Shown here: positions 1-11,181 of the stretch, piece after piece
How positions within the stretch are numbered: position 1 is the first letter of the stretch
How the letters are laid out: each line of letters opens with the position of its first letter
Origin: an uncultured Candidatus Binatia bacterium
GTDB lineage: Bacteria; Desulfobacterota; Binatia; Bin18
Direction of reading: 5' to 3'
NCBI GenBank assembly: GCA_965214605.1
Contig: OZ243961.1
Location: 352,001 to 416,000, forward strand
DNA length: 64,000 nt
Translations under genes and position numbers: made by a program
Notes under the pieces: model-generated
Database searches by the model: none
Told to the model about the DNA's origin: nothing
Seen by the model: the letters and a program-made list of their open reading frames with translations, nothing else

Positions 1-96
1 TGTCTGACACGGGACAGATCCATACGCGCAAGACTAGCACGGTCAGGCGCAGAGAAACAGCGGACGCCCTGACTGAGACGGCCCGCCCGTCCAGCA

Positions 97-1002
97 TTAG
101 GCCGCGGCCCACTGCTGGCGTAAGAACTCGCCCACCCGCACAATCGCGTCCCGGCCCTCCGGCAGCATAGGGTGGAAAGCGTGCCAAACATGAATCATGT
201 CTTCCCAGATCTCCAGGGTACTGTTCACACCGTCAGTTCTCGCCTTTTGGTCGAGTTTAATTGCGTCATCGAGTAAGACCTCATCGTGGCCCACGTGAAT
301 CAACAGCGGGGGGAGTGAGCGGAGATCAGCAAAGTTCGGCGACGCGTAGGGATCTTTCGCGTTTTTATCCTGAAGATATAGCTCAACCATTTTCCCGATA
401 TCCGCTCCAACCATGGGATCTTGCTCGGCTCGAGTCTGATAGGATTCATTGGAACACGTCAGGTCTGACCAAGGGCTGATGCATACGGCTGCCGCCGGCA
501 GCGTTAAGGTGGTATCACGGGCCGCAACCAGGGTTGCCACAGTCAGCCCGCCGCCGGCAGAATCACCTGCGATGGCGAGATTTTGTGGTTTAAACCCGTG
601 TTCCAGCAGCCATTGATAGGCGGCCACCCCATCCTCAACAGCGGCTGGGAACGGCTCTTCTGGACCGAGCCGATACGCAAGCATGAGTACTGCGGCCCCG
701 GCCGTCCGCGACACCTCCCCACCGAGTGAGCGATGGGTGTTGAGCGACCCCATCACATAGCCACCGCCGTGGAAATACAGGATGGCCCGCTCGGCTTGGG
801 CGTCCGGCGCACGCAGCCATTCGGCTGGACGGCCAGCCACGGTCACGGCTTCAACTCCAATATCATCGGCAACCCGAAAGGCCACTTTTTCCATGCCTGC
901 CCGCCGCTGGGCTAAGCTGACAGGCCTGCCCGCCGCCGCCGCGTTTTTCTCGCGCAAAATACGTTTTAACTTAATAATCTCCGGTCCGGCCATGTCTCTC
1001 AT
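97..1002 (-). CDS. HSL-family esterase/lipase (alpha/beta hydrolase, acetyl esterase-like)
   Basis: HGGG oxyanion motif, GDSAGG nucleophile elbow, C-terminal MIHVW; AAGGAGG RBS before ATG. Confidence 0.9.
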   Translation of the reverse strand: MRDMAGPEIIKLKRILREKNAAAAGRPVSLAQRRAGMEKVAFRVADDIGVEAVTVAGRPAEWLRAPDAQAERAILYFHGGGYVMGSLNTHRSLGGEVSRTAGAAVLMLAYRLGPEEPFPAAVEDGVAAYQWLLEHGFKPQNLAIAGDSAGGGLTVATLVAARDTTLTLPAAAVCISPWSDLTCSNESYQTRAEQDPMVGADIGKMVELYLQDKNAKDPYASPNFADLRSLPPLLIHVGHDEVLLDDAIKLDQKARTDGVNSTLEIWEDMIHVWHAFHPMLPEGRDAIVRVGEFLRQQWAAA

Positions 1003-1094
1003 GCCCTCCTTTACAGGTGAATGCCGATAGCCACCTCATCAAAAAAGAGACTATCGTTGACCTGTGCCTCTACAAGACTCCTATTTTTCATACG

Positions 1095-1680
1095 CTATTC
1101 TGAACCGGAAGGAAAGCTGAGTCGCTCTGCCGCCCGAGAATCTCGCGGCGCCCCAGCCCAGTCTTTCCCAATCGTCGTTTCAACTTCAATTGGCGCACGG
1201 TCGCCAATACTCTCTTGCCTAGCGGCGGTCAGGTGGCGGGCCAGCCACTCCGCCCCCTGGCCCGCCTCGGTCAGCGGAGCTTCAGCCATAATTTCGTCGT
1301 GCACACAGGCCACTGGAAACGCTCCGGGCACCTCGGCGATGTTCAAACAGGCCACCTCGAGCGAGTTTCAACCCGTCCCCACCGGTGCCCTGAACCGGAA
1401 TATTGAGCAGGATATTGAAATGGCGAACACCCACAAACCGCCTGCCGCTCAGGGGGCGAGTCTCAAGCAGCGGAGGCGTCAAACAGGGAGACATGGTCAG
1501 GAGTGGCAATCTGGACGAGCTGCAAGGCGTCTCTTCACCGGTCCAGGCCCGTTGTTTCGGTGTCACAGGCAAGGACTGGTGCGGCGGGGAGTCGAGGGAA
1601 GAGCGGGGGGAGGTGGCTGAGGTGAGAGACGGAAGTGTACGCCGGAGTTGGACTAAGGAGGGCGAGGACCTCTTGTTGAT
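1095..1680 (-). pseudogene. Remnant of family A DNA polymerase with 3'-5' exonuclease domain (phage/MGE-type), internally deleted and frameshifted
   Basis: Fragments in three frames: ExoI-like LACDTETTGLD (~1540-1570), NIPVQGTGGDGLKLA (~1360-1410), motif C VHDEI and terminal IGKDWAG (1095..1355). Confidence 0.75.
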
Positions 1681-1792
1681 CGGCGGCCCTCCTCCTTGCC
1701 GGGGCGGGGCGCGCCAGCCGTGTCCTGTCCAGCCGGCTGACCACACGCTTCAGCAAACAGCACCCCCTGCCGGTCAAGCCCCCCGGTCGCCA

Positions 1793-2632
1793 TTACCCCG
1801 TCTGGACTTCTCCACGCAGACTATCTCGCTCTCCTCGCAGAAAAGCGGTCATACACGAATAGGCGTGAGGGTCTTGTAGAAAGAACACATGTCCGCCCTC
1901 AAACAGCTCCAGTTGAGCCGACGCAATCTGTCCCAGCATGGCACGCTGATTGCCGACCTGTGCAATCCCGTCGTAGCGACCGGCGGCGATAAACACCGGC
2001 ATAGTCAGATGCGGTAAACGGCCGTAGGTATCGTGATCCTTGCGGGCCTCAATCTGGCGGCGGGCCCCTATGGCGTGACCTGGCTCGTCGACTCCAAGAC
2101 GCTGACCGGTCAGCGTCTCATCGATAAGAGCCTGAAATTCGTCCGGATTAGCCGCCTGCCAGTCCGCATCGCGACGGACGTCCCCTAGCTCCACCACCCG
2201 CCGTGCCCAGTCTTCGCGCTTGAGTCCGACAAGTTCATGTAGGGGATAGGAAGCGCCCCCCTGTCCCCCACTGCTGGTACAGCTCAGCAGCAAACGCTCG
2301 ACCCGGTGCCCATAGCGGATCGCAAACTCTTGGGCAACCATACCACCAAAGGAGACGCCCATCACCATGCACCGTTCCCAGCCCAGCGCGTCGAGCAAGG
2401 CATTGGCATCAGCGGCATAGTCCGCCATGGTATACGGGACGTCAGGTTTATCGGTGCGGCCGAGGCCGCGTTGGTCATAGGCCAGCACCTCGGAATGCTG
2501 GCTGAATGGAGTGTCAAAGGCATTTGGTGACCGGCGCAGATCTGCGCCGGTACCACTGATAAAGAGCACGCGCGGTCCGCTACCACGGGTTTCATAGTAC
2601 ATCTGCAGATCACGAACAGCAATGAATGGCAT
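1793..2632 (-). CDS. Alpha/beta fold hydrolase (3-oxoadipate enol-lactonase-like)
   Basis: YDQRGLG, GVSFGG nucleophile motif, GGH; GAGGAGG RBS before ATG at 2632. Confidence 0.88.
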   Translation of the reverse strand: MPFIAVRDLQMYYETRGSGPRVLFISGTGADLRRSPNAFDTPFSQHSEVLAYDQRGLGRTDKPDVPYTMADYAADANALLDALGWERCMVMGVSFGGMVAQEFAIRYGHRVERLLLSCTSSGGQGGASYPLHELVGLKREDWARRVVELGDVRRDADWQAANPDEFQALIDETLTGQRLGVDEPGHAIGARRQIEARKDHDTYGRLPHLTMPVFIAAGRYDGIAQVGNQRAMLGQIASAQLELFEGGHVFFLQDPHAYSCMTAFLRGERDSLRGEVQTG

Positions 2633-3667
2633 GACCGTCCTCCTCACCGTTCAAAATGATGTGAACGAGAATCCCCCCTGAGGAGATCCTCTGCTTCCTT
2701 ATTGACTAGCATGCGGGTAGTCCTCAGCTCAAGCCGGTGGCAGTCTGGTAACCGAGAGCAATCACGATGGCCTGTTCAGCAACAAATATCCGTCGGACGC
2801 CTTGTAGGCCTTGAGTCCCAAAAGCGGCTATCCCATATCAGCCCCTCGCCGCCCCGCTAGGCGTAGTGCGACTGGTAACAGGAGGGCGTCCGGGACATGG
2901 ACAAGTGACCGAGGGGATCGCGGGCGCTTGCCGTCTGAGGGCGGCCCACGGTCTCTGGGGGGAGTTGAAATCAAGTGCTCACCTGCCGGTTTTGTCGGGC
3001 GTGTGGATCAGGAGAGGCACGACGGCCGCTAGGGGCATCGTTTCCTGCGCGGTGCGCTTCACGGCCTGGGCTAGGGCGCGCGAGGTTATCGCAGCCTGTC
3101 CCGTCCGCAGGACCTGCCTCTCCTTAGGGGGACGCTTTCATCCACAAACGGCAGATGGTGCAGCCGCGCGTCTCGCTCTGGTGTCGGGAATCTCGAGGAC
3201 CTGTGAGAGCGGGATTTACGAATCCCCTCTAGGCTACGTCCCGAAGCGCAGGCCCGCAGGCTTAGGCACGTTTAGACGTACGGTCAAAAGCCCCACCTCG
3301 GACCCGTTCATATACAGATGACAGAGAAGTTGGGGGGAGCTTGCCGCAAGAGCGCGCCAGCTGCACGAACACTGTGAACACCAGAGCCCGCGTTCGGAGG
3401 GACTCGCCGTGGTGGCGCAATAGCACCTAGCGGACTCGCGCCACTCGGCCAACGAGTCAGGTCCCAAGCCACCCCGTGTCACGTCACAGTCCAAAGCATT
3501 ACTCGACAGCGTCAGCTGTCCGCTTTTTCCCTGTCGTCCCCGACCCATGGCGGGTTCGCCCGTTTATGCCAAGTCACGCTTCGACAAAGCAAGCATACTG
3601 TTTCCCTCCCCCTCTCCTCAGAGGGGGAAGACCGACAAGAACCCGGCTGCAGAACTGCCCTGTTCCT

Positions 3668-4226
3668 ATCGAGCGCCCCTTCACTGACGGAGAATACCAC
3701 CTGCCACAGCCGCCCGGGACCCGAAATAAATGGACCCGTCTTGATCCGGGTAATCGGGGACCGGGGCTTGGGTTATATACCGGCCCTCAAAGAAACCTCC
3801 CCGCCAGGCAAAAGAAAAGTCCTGGGCGACCAGGGCCAGCGGGCGACTGCCGAACAGCCGGGAGACGAACCACCCACAGCAGAGGCCGCCGGCCAGAAAG
3901 ACGAAGTGGGTCACCAAGTGCCGGAAGAGGGGTATGCTGCGGTCATCCCGTCAGCCCAAAGCCTGCTCAAGCAGCAGCGGCTGAAAGACACCCCCATAAA
4001 AGCGGTCATGGTTCTTGAGCAATGCGTCGGGGGTGCCCAGTAGAGAGGCGAGGTGGGCGGGGACGGCGGCACGCGGCGCAAAGGGGTCGCTTGCCACGCC
4101 GTCAGCGTCCAGCACGGCCGCACCGAGACCGGCGACGAGGAGGCACCCTACTCACGTCAGGGGGCGGAACGGGAGGCACCGCCGCCGTGTCAAGGCGCTC
4201 GCTCTGTCGGAAGTCGGAGAGGGCAT
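3668..4226 (-). pseudogene. Internally deleted copy A of the membrane glycosyltransferase gene at 25342-27315
   Basis: THFVFLAGGLCCGWFVSRLFGSRPLALVA matches THLVFVAGGVCCGWLVFRLYGRRLLALVA of copy C, then jumps to C-terminal FSFAWRG...VFSVSEG; frameshifts. Confidence 0.8.
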
Positions 4227-4647
4227 CGGGGGGACACAACCTCTCCCTTACAGAGAGGGGGCCTTCGCCAGAGGCGCACGAGCTAGTCCGGACTGCCAGG
4301 GGCGGCGGGCAGTGGGACGAATGTCGGGCACCTCTCGTCGCAGGGCACGGGCTGTCATCACGAAAACGAGAGAGCAGGGAGGGAAAACGAGGCGAGGGAG
4401 GGCTCTAGGGCACCCGTTTTCCGCCTTCTCTTCAACAAGGAAGTGGCTTCAGCAATCCCGCCGCCGGGAATCGGTCACGGCACGCCAACGGGAGCCCCTA
4501 CCACGCGGGCCGCTCTTCGCTGAAGGGAACTCTCCCTTCTCCTGCCACAGACTCCAACCGGCACCACGCGGGATTTCTTCCCCGAGAGCTCTTTTGCTAT
4601 GCCCGCTAAGCTGCTAACAATGGGGGAAGGATGAAGGAGGGACAGTC

Positions 4648-6513
4648 ATGCAGCATCGAGGATTCCGCAGCAGCATTACCACCCAGGGCCGGCGCATGGC
4701 CGGCGCTCGGGCCTTGTGGCGGGCGACCGGCATGCAGACCGCAGATTTTCAGAAGCCGATTATTGCCATCGCCAATTCGTTTACCCAGTTTGTCCCTGGC
4801 CACGTCCATCTCCACCAAGTTGGGCAGATGGTCAAAGAAGTCATTGACCGCCAGGGCGGCTATGGGGTGGAGTTCAATACGATTGCGGTAGATGACGGGA
4901 TCGCGATGGGCCACGATGGGATGTTGTACTCCTTGCCCAGCCGCGAGCTGATTGCGGATAGTGTGGAATATATGGTCCAGGGCCACAAGGCCGACGCTCT
5001 GCTCTGTATATCCAACTGCGATAAAATTACCCCAGGGATGCTGCTGGCGACCATGCGCCTTAATATTCCGACCATTTTTGTGTCTGGTGGGCCGATGGAA
5101 GCCGGGAAAACCGAGCTCTCCTCCGGCCCGGCTAAACTTGATCTGGTCAACGCGATGGTCGGGGCCGGGGACGATACCCTGTCGGATGAAGAGGTGGCGA
5201 AGATGGAAGAGGCGGCCTGTCCGACCTGTGGCTCCTGTTCCGGGATGTTTACTGCCAACAGTATGAATTGCCTGAATGAGGCACTCGGTCTGGCCCTACC
5301 GGGCAACGGCACCATCCTGGCGACGCATGCCCTACGCTGGCAGTTGTTCGAGCGCGCGGCCAAACGTCTCGTTGAGATGGCCAAGGCTTATTATATCGAC
5401 GGCGACGAGTCGGTCCTACCGCGCCGCATCGCCACCTTTGAGGCATTTGAGAACGCCATGACATTGGACATCGCCATGGGGGGGTCAACGAACACCGTCC
5501 TGCATCTGTTGGCTACCGCTCAGGAGGCTGGAGTAAACTTCACCATGGCCGATATTGATCGGCTGTCGCGCCAGGTGCCGTGTATCTGTAAGCTGGCTCC
5601 GGCCTCTGCCAAATACCACATTGAGGACTGTGCCCATGCCGGCGGCATCCCGACCATTTTGGGGGAGTTGGAACGGCTGGGAAAGATTCACACCGCCGTG
5701 GGGACCGTCAGCGGTCAAACCATCGGCGAGATGCTTGCAAACAATGATATCCGCCGCTCCACTTCGGACGAATTTGCCCACCAACGTAGTATCGCCGCCC
5801 CAGGCAATGTCCGGACCAAGCAGGGGTTTTCCCAAGAGAAGTATTATGAACATGCTGACCTCGACGCCATCAACGGCTGCATTAGGGCGGGCGAGTTCGC
5901 CTACAGCCACGACGGGGGGCTGGCCGTCCTATTCGGCAACCTGGCCGAGAACGGTTGTATTGTGAAAACGGCCGGGGTGGACGAATCCATTTGGGTCATG
6001 GAAGGGCCGGCGCGTATCTTTGAGTCGCAGGACGAAGCCTGCGCCGGGATCCTTGACAATAAGCTCAAGCCCGGCGATGTGGTGATCATTCGCTACGAAG
6101 GCCCCAAGGGCGGGCCGGGGATGCAGGAAATGCTGTATCCCACCTCGTACATCAAATCCAAACAGCTGGGCACCACCTGTGCGCTGGTAACCGACGGGCG
6201 GTTTAGCGGCGGCACCAGCGGCCTGTCTATCGGCCATGTCTCGCCGGAGGCGGCGGAGGGCGGCGCTATTGCCCTGGTGGAGGATGGGGATATCATTCAG
6301 ATTGATATCCCCAAGCGCTCAATCAACGTCCTGGTGTCAGACGCCGAGCTGGCTGCCCGTCGCACCAAGATGGCAGCTCGTGGCAAGGAGGCGTATACGC
6401 CGGCCAAGCGCAAGCGCAAAGTGTCGGCTGCCCTGCAAGCCTACGCTGCGCTGACCACGAGTGCCGACCGTGGGGCAGTCCGCGATATTGAGCAGATTCA
6501 GGCCGGTAGGTAG
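4648..6513 (+). CDS. ilvD: Dihydroxy-acid dehydratase
   Basis: [54 protein letters not shown]; full length 621 aa with RBS. Confidence 0.98.
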   Translation: MQHRGFRSSITTQGRRMAGARALWRATGMQTADFQKPIIAIANSFTQFVPGHVHLHQVGQMVKEVIDRQGGYGVEFNTIAVDDGIAMGHDGMLYSLPSRELIADSVEYMVQGHKADALLCISNCDKITPGMLLATMRLNIPTIFVSGGPMEAGKTELSSGPAKLDLVNAMVGAGDDTLSDEEVAKMEEAACPTCGSCSGMFTANSMNCLNEALGLALPGNGTILATHALRWQLFERAAKRLVEMAKAYYIDGDESVLPRRIATFEAFENAMTLDIAMGGSTNTVLHLLATAQEAGVNFTMADIDRLSRQVPCICKLAPASAKYHIEDCAHAGGIPTILGELERLGKIHTAVGTVSGQTIGEMLANNDIRRSTSDEFAHQRSIAAPGNVRTKQGFSQEKYYEHADLDAINGCIRAGEFAYSHDGGLAVLFGNLAENGCIVKTAGVDESIWVMEGPARIFESQDEACAGILDNKLKPGDVVIIRYEGPKGGPGMQEMLYPTSYIKSKQLGTTCALVTDGRFSGGTSGLSIGHVSPEAAEGGAIALVEDGDIIQIDIPKRSINVLVSDAELAARRTKMAARGKEAYTPAKRKRKVSAALQAYAALTTSADRGAVRDIEQIQAGR

Positions 6514-6905
6514 CCAGAGCACCATGGCGAGAGGACTGTGCTGCTCCCTCATCCTGGCGCAAGGTAGCCGTGAGAAGTCCTGCTTCTCTCCTCTCTCTGG
6601 AGTCGGTCGTGTCTACGGGCCAGGCTGAGGGGAGGGCTCTTCTCACCATCGTGACGCCTGGCAAGGGAGAGGGGGCCCGCAGCCAAGCGGTCCTCGTGTT
6701 GCCGTGCCTGGTGCCGGCGACAGGCCTGAAGCCGCTTCCCTGTTGGAGAAAAGGCGGGAAGCGGGTGCCCTGCCCCGGTCGGTGCCCTGCCCGACTTCCT
6801 ACAGCACGAGCGCCTTGCCACGGTGGCGGCGCCTCCCGTTCTGCCCCCCGACGTGAGTAGGGTGCCTCCCGGTTGCCGGTCTCGGTGCGGCCGTGCTGGA
6901 CGCTC
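6385..6905 (+). repeat. Repeat unit (ilvD 3' end + intergenic + glycosyltransferase 5' end); inverted copy at ~27190-27906 and partial inverted copy at ~4100-4455
   Basis: Direct reverse-complement comparison, e.g. 6541-6690 vs 27405-27555 and 6781-6903 vs 4104-4226. Confidence 0.9.
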
Positions 6906-7065
6906 CCTTTGCGCAGCGTCCCACCGTCAGCGTAGGCCTGGCCAGCGTGGTGAGAGGCTCCACCCCCACCAACAGGTCTCTTTCAACCTGCTAGTCGACC
7001 CGGACCTCGCTGGGCAGGCTAGGCCAACAGTACACCATGGACTAGTGGCACGTCTCAGCACACGG
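6782..7065 (+). pseudogene. Internally deleted copy B of the membrane glycosyltransferase gene
   Basis: 5' end nearly identical to the reverse complement of 4104-4226; later LHPHQQVSFN and GQQYTMD*W match LHPHQQVYFN and GQWYDMDYW of copy C. Confidence 0.75.
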
Positions 7066-7700
7066 TGGTAGATGGTGCATCCGGTCCACAGCGTTGTTTC
7101 TCAGGTGGAATTGCGGTGTATTGTCTGGGATGTTGAGCGTCGCAAGATGTCGGTTTCCGGTATCAGACCAGACAAAGCTGGTCCCGATCGATCTGCCGAC
7201 TCGACGCGCTTTTGGACCGGAGCGGAAACGGATGCACGAGGGGGGTCAAGGTAACAAAATCTGGTCGTCCCCCTCCCCGGCTTTTGAGGACACGATTCCA
7301 AAACAGTCACGACCAGCACTCAGACACCGAACGTACTGGAGTGTAAGAACTCCCTGCATAGAGCGCACTATGGATCCCATCTCTGGTAACGTGCCGGAGA
7401 TATCCTGAGAGTGGAAAGATTCTGACTCGCTAAATTTGGATAAGACGCGAAGAAAAAGTTGGCTGAACTCCATTCCAAGCCCCCTTTAGATGGAGCCTCA
7501 AATGCCGTACCGCATCGGTCAGGTCGGCCAGAATTCCAGCGACAGGTGCTGCCTCGTCTTTGCTCTGAATCCACCCTTCAGAAACGCTCTTCTCAATGGG
7601 TGACCACTTCTTTCGGGCTGATATTTACCGAGAGAGACATTCCTCGCTAGTCCAGATGGAATATCATGGACTGGCGGGCATTGCAGACTCTAGGAGCGCA

Positions 7701-9083
7701 TCACTTCAGCGTCACACTGGCCTGGACAAATTCTTCCGATTCGCCGAAGACGATCTGTCCGGCGGCGTTCTGAGCCCGAATGCGGGCTTCGAGCTCAGCC
7801 GGTAGCTGGAAGCTGCGCGCCTCGGGAAACTTCTTTTTGTACAGATAAGGGCGCAGAAAAAACTCTTTAGGCGAGCTGATCGCGGCCTGCGTTTTAAGCG
7901 GTTCGGGAAACCAGCCACGACGCATAAAGTCGGGACTGAAGAACACGTCGAGGTCTTTTTGAGACCAGGTTTTCACGCGCATCGCGTCATGCACACTGTA
8001 GCCGTAGAAATCCTGCCGGACATCCCACCACACTGCTATCAAATTATGATAGCCACGCTCGCCCAGATCTGGATTCATCAACGTGGCGATCCGCTCATCA
8101 ATAAAAAGCAGCTCGCCGTTAGGGCCGTGCACCTCCGTACGCAACGGATAAAACAGGTGCTGATCCAACCAGTAGATAATTTTGCCGGCATAATAGTCGG
8201 GCAGCCAATCGGCCTTAGGCCGGGCTTCGACCACATAGGTCGATACGCTCCCGTCGGGATTATAGTGTTCATAGTCATCACCCATAATTTTGAGATCTTT
8301 TGCCGCCACATCGCTAAACGAGCCGTCCGCGGAAGCCAGAGTGATAGTCTGGCGGGTGACCGGGAAGCGCACGGTTTCATACAGGACATCGGTGCCTAAC
8401 ACCCGCCACGTAAACTCCCAGGCATCGCGTCCCACCGAGTCATCATAGGTCAGTGGCCAGCCGATCATCTTGTCCTGACGCAGCGGTTGGGGAAAACGAC
8501 GGACGCGGCGCAGGGTCGGAGAATAACCAAACAGGTCGGCCTTTTTACGTTTCTCCTGATCGGTCCGATAGCTGAGAAACAGCATCTGGTTGCCATAATT
8601 TTCTGGCGGCATCAGATCTTGGGTGAGCCAACGGGAGAAGAGTTCGCCCGGTGGAGCGGTCAGATGCCCGACTAAGCCGGCTGGTTCACGATAATGGACC
8701 AACACGATGACTTTGAAGTTGGACAGATAACCGCTGGGGGTCAGTACCCCGCCGTCTTCAATCTGGACACAGTTCCAGCGCGGCATATGCGGAAATTCCA
8801 TCGCCCGAAAACCCATTTCTTCAGCCGTGTAGGGAGCTTCAAATGGATAGGCTTCGGCTGGCAAATACGGAATCGTTGCGTCCCGTGGGGTATCGGTTGA
8901 AAAATCAATAGGCACCAACTCCTCTGCAGACAGCTCTGAGAGAAGTTGCCAGGTTCTGGCCTGGCCGTTTTTTCCCTCCTCAGCGTATGTCCAGGAGGGG
9001 GAGGCACACAGACCAAAGGCGATGCAGATCATCAGGCTCCAACGGACAAGACAAGCGATACGGTGTAGACGGCTGGGGAACAT
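7701..9083 (-). CDS. DUF1329-family exported protein (lipoprotein-sorting-like fold)
   Basis: Signal peptide, YSPTLRRVRR motif, TYDD, YVVEARP, YAGKIIYWLD. Confidence 0.75.
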   Translation of the reverse strand: MFPSRLHRIACLVRWSLMICIAFGLCASPSWTYAEEGKNGQARTWQLLSELSAEELVPIDFSTDTPRDATIPYLPAEAYPFEAPYTAEEMGFRAMEFPHMPRWNCVQIEDGGVLTPSGYLSNFKVIVLVHYREPAGLVGHLTAPPGELFSRWLTQDLMPPENYGNQMLFLSYRTDQEKRKKADLFGYSPTLRRVRRFPQPLRQDKMIGWPLTYDDSVGRDAWEFTWRVLGTDVLYETVRFPVTRQTITLASADGSFSDVAAKDLKIMGDDYEHYNPDGSVSTYVVEARPKADWLPDYYAGKIIYWLDQHLFYPLRTEVHGPNGELLFIDERIATLMNPDLGERGYHNLIAVWWDVRQDFYGYSVHDAMRVKTWSQKDLDVFFSPDFMRRGWFPEPLKTQAAISSPKEFFLRPYLYKKKFPEARSFQLPAELEARIRAQNAAGQIVFGESEEFVQASVTLK

Positions 9084-9136
9084 TGTTGATCCTCTGAGTG
9101 CGACGATTCGGGCAGTCCGCTGTACAGCGCCGGAGC

Positions 9137-9631
9137 TCAGGGCGCAGCCTCACCACGCTCGATCGCCAGGTCTGGGACGATTACAGCTCCTAAACGAGAA
9201 AACACCGTCGGTCGGACCTTTATTTTGGTGTCCCGACCACCGCCGCCCAACACCACCCAGTCCAGCCGCATGACCCGTTCGTCGACGTATAACGGCCACT
9301 CAGCCGGCAGAGAAAACGGCGTTACCCCGCCGACCTGCATGCCGGTTGCGGCGTGCATTTCCTCGGCAGTTGCAAATGAAGCTTTTGATACCTCCATCAG
9401 CCTTCGTACCCGTTTGTTCACATCCAGCTGAGTATGAGCCAGTACCACGCAGACGGCAAACCGTTTAGGGCCCTTTTTGGAGGCAACAATAATGGTGTTG
9501 CCCGACTCTTGGAGCGCATAGCCATATTTCTCGCAGAAAGCGACCGTGTCAGCATCGGCCGGATTGATACGAATCAGCTCATAGGCCACGCCAAGCTGCT
9601 CCAGGGCACGGATAACGTCTTGATTTGGCAT
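9137..9631 (-). CDS. YbaK/EbsC-family aminoacyl-tRNA deacylase
   Basis: SFATAEE..TGMQVGGVTPF, LYVD, GGG signature. Confidence 0.88.
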   Translation of the reverse strand: MPNQDVIRALEQLGVAYELIRINPADADTVAFCEKYGYALQESGNTIIVASKKGPKRFAVCVVLAHTQLDVNKRVRRLMEVSKASFATAEEMHAATGMQVGGVTPFSLPAEWPLYVDERVMRLDWVVLGGGGRDTKIKVRPTVFSRLGAVIVPDLAIERGEAAP

Positions 9632-9684
9632 AGGAGCCTTCCTTAATCAACGTCGGCGGACGGGCTCGGCCTACCCGCTGCTCG

Positions 9685-10631
9685 TCAGGCTCCCTGCTCG
9701 TCACTGCGCAGCATCTTGCCCGGCAAGGCCCCGGTGCCGGTTTGGCCCTCACACGTCACGCGGCCATTCACCAGGGTGTCATGGTAACCAGCCGCCTTCT
9801 GTACTCGGCGCCAGTCCTTATTAGGCAGGTCAGTGGCCGCTTCCATGGGGAGCACGGCGAGTTTGTCTAGATCGTCAACCACAATGTCAGCCGGCATGCC
9901 TTCCCGCAGCCAGCCTCGATCCCGGATACCGATCGCCCAGCCCAGCATGGTCGACAGCCGCCAGTGGGCCTCTTCTAGGGTCATCAGCCCCTTGTCACGC
10001 ACCCAGTAGGCCAGGAAGTGGGGCGGATAGCGGCCGGAGGTCAACAACTTGGTATGCGCTCCACCGTCTGAGGCACCACTTAGACAGAGGGGGTGCTTGA
10101 TAATCTGGCCGACAGCTTCATCGTTGTCGTTGAGCAGGCCGGGCATCAAGAACTCGGTCTTCAAATCTTCCTCAATGGCCGGATCAAGCATAGCATCAAC
10201 CGGGGACTTACCCTGCTCAGCAGCAATATCGGAGACGCTTCGCCCTTGTAGGGGCTTGTTCTTGTTCAGATGGACATCGTCAACAAAGGTCTGATCCCAC
10301 TGCAACATCGCTACCTGAGCGGCTTCGCCGTCGTCGCGGTCACGGCGGTGGGGCCGACCCATCACATCACCTTCCATGTCGTTCTTCAGGGCGGGACGCC
10401 GGGCCAAGTCTGATAATTTGGCCCGGCGCTCTTCAAGGTAGGGGGTGTGAATATCCATAAAACCGGGGGCAACAATTAAGCCGGTGGCGTCAATGACCCG
10501 GCTGGCATCACCCTGAACATTGCCCATGGCCGCAATCTTGCCCCCCGGATACCAATATCCCCACGGTAAGCTGGCGCGCGCAAACCATCGCCAACCGTGC
10601 CGTTGTTAATCACACTATCATACTCGGCCAT
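9685..10631 (-). pseudogene. N-acyl-D-amino-acid deacylase family amidohydrolase, frameshifted and internally deleted
   Basis: N-terminus MAEYDSVINNGTVGDG frameshifts near 10545; APGFMDIHTPY joins directly to EERRAK, skipping about 270 aa present in the paralog at 45420-47150; SDGGAHTK retained. Confidence 0.85.
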
Positions 10632-11181
10632 AAGCGCCCTCCCCATTGTTTGTCTGGGCACCTCAGCGATGACCCCCGCGCGGTTCTGTGTCCATCCGGT
10701 TAGAGAGCAGAGTTCGACAGGCTCACCTCAGCCTAAGTATAGAGACAAATGGAAGGGTGAGTAAAGAGAACAGCCGATTTTTCGGCACCCTGAACAATTC
10801 TTAACTGTCGCCCGACCTGTTCAGGAGATGCGCCCCAGGTCACTGCTTCACCGGAGGCGAAGCGCAAGATTCCCACTTGGGAAGTCTAGTACGATCTCAT
10901 CAAGCATCGGGGCCGGCTTTTTCGTAAAGCTGGCGACAGGTCATTGCGAGCGGGAGGAGCGGGTGTATGGAAAATCTCACGACAGCCCGGTTTGATCCCC
11001 CAAGAGTGATTCATCGGTGGCGACTCATCGGTGACCTCTTCTTTTCTCAAATGCTCGCTCTCGCAAACGGTATCGAGAGCTTCTTGCCAGAGCTCAATCC
11101 ACCCCGCCCCATGTAGAGCACGATAGCCATGAGAGTATCCGGAGCGACGTCCAGTGTCGCGAAAGCGGGGGCTGTGTTCTC

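Noticed and set aside
2650-3660. Long gap with several ORFs and a faint tRNA T-arm-like string near 3210-3235
   Set aside because: No cloverleaf, no protein motifs and no repeat array visible
6560-6600. GAGAAGTCC resembling the RNase P RNA motif GAGGAAAGTCC
   Set aside because: Imperfect match with no other RNase P conserved regions; explained as part of the duplicated intergenic repeat
7072-7690. Short ORFs on both strands
   Set aside because: No recognisable motif; possibly decayed coding sequence but not supportable
10935-10985. GTCATTGCGAGCG...AATCTC REP-like string, and CCCTC...GGGAGAGGG-like strings at ~3603, ~4240 and ~27705
   Set aside because: Degenerate single copies; cannot be established as repeat families from this window
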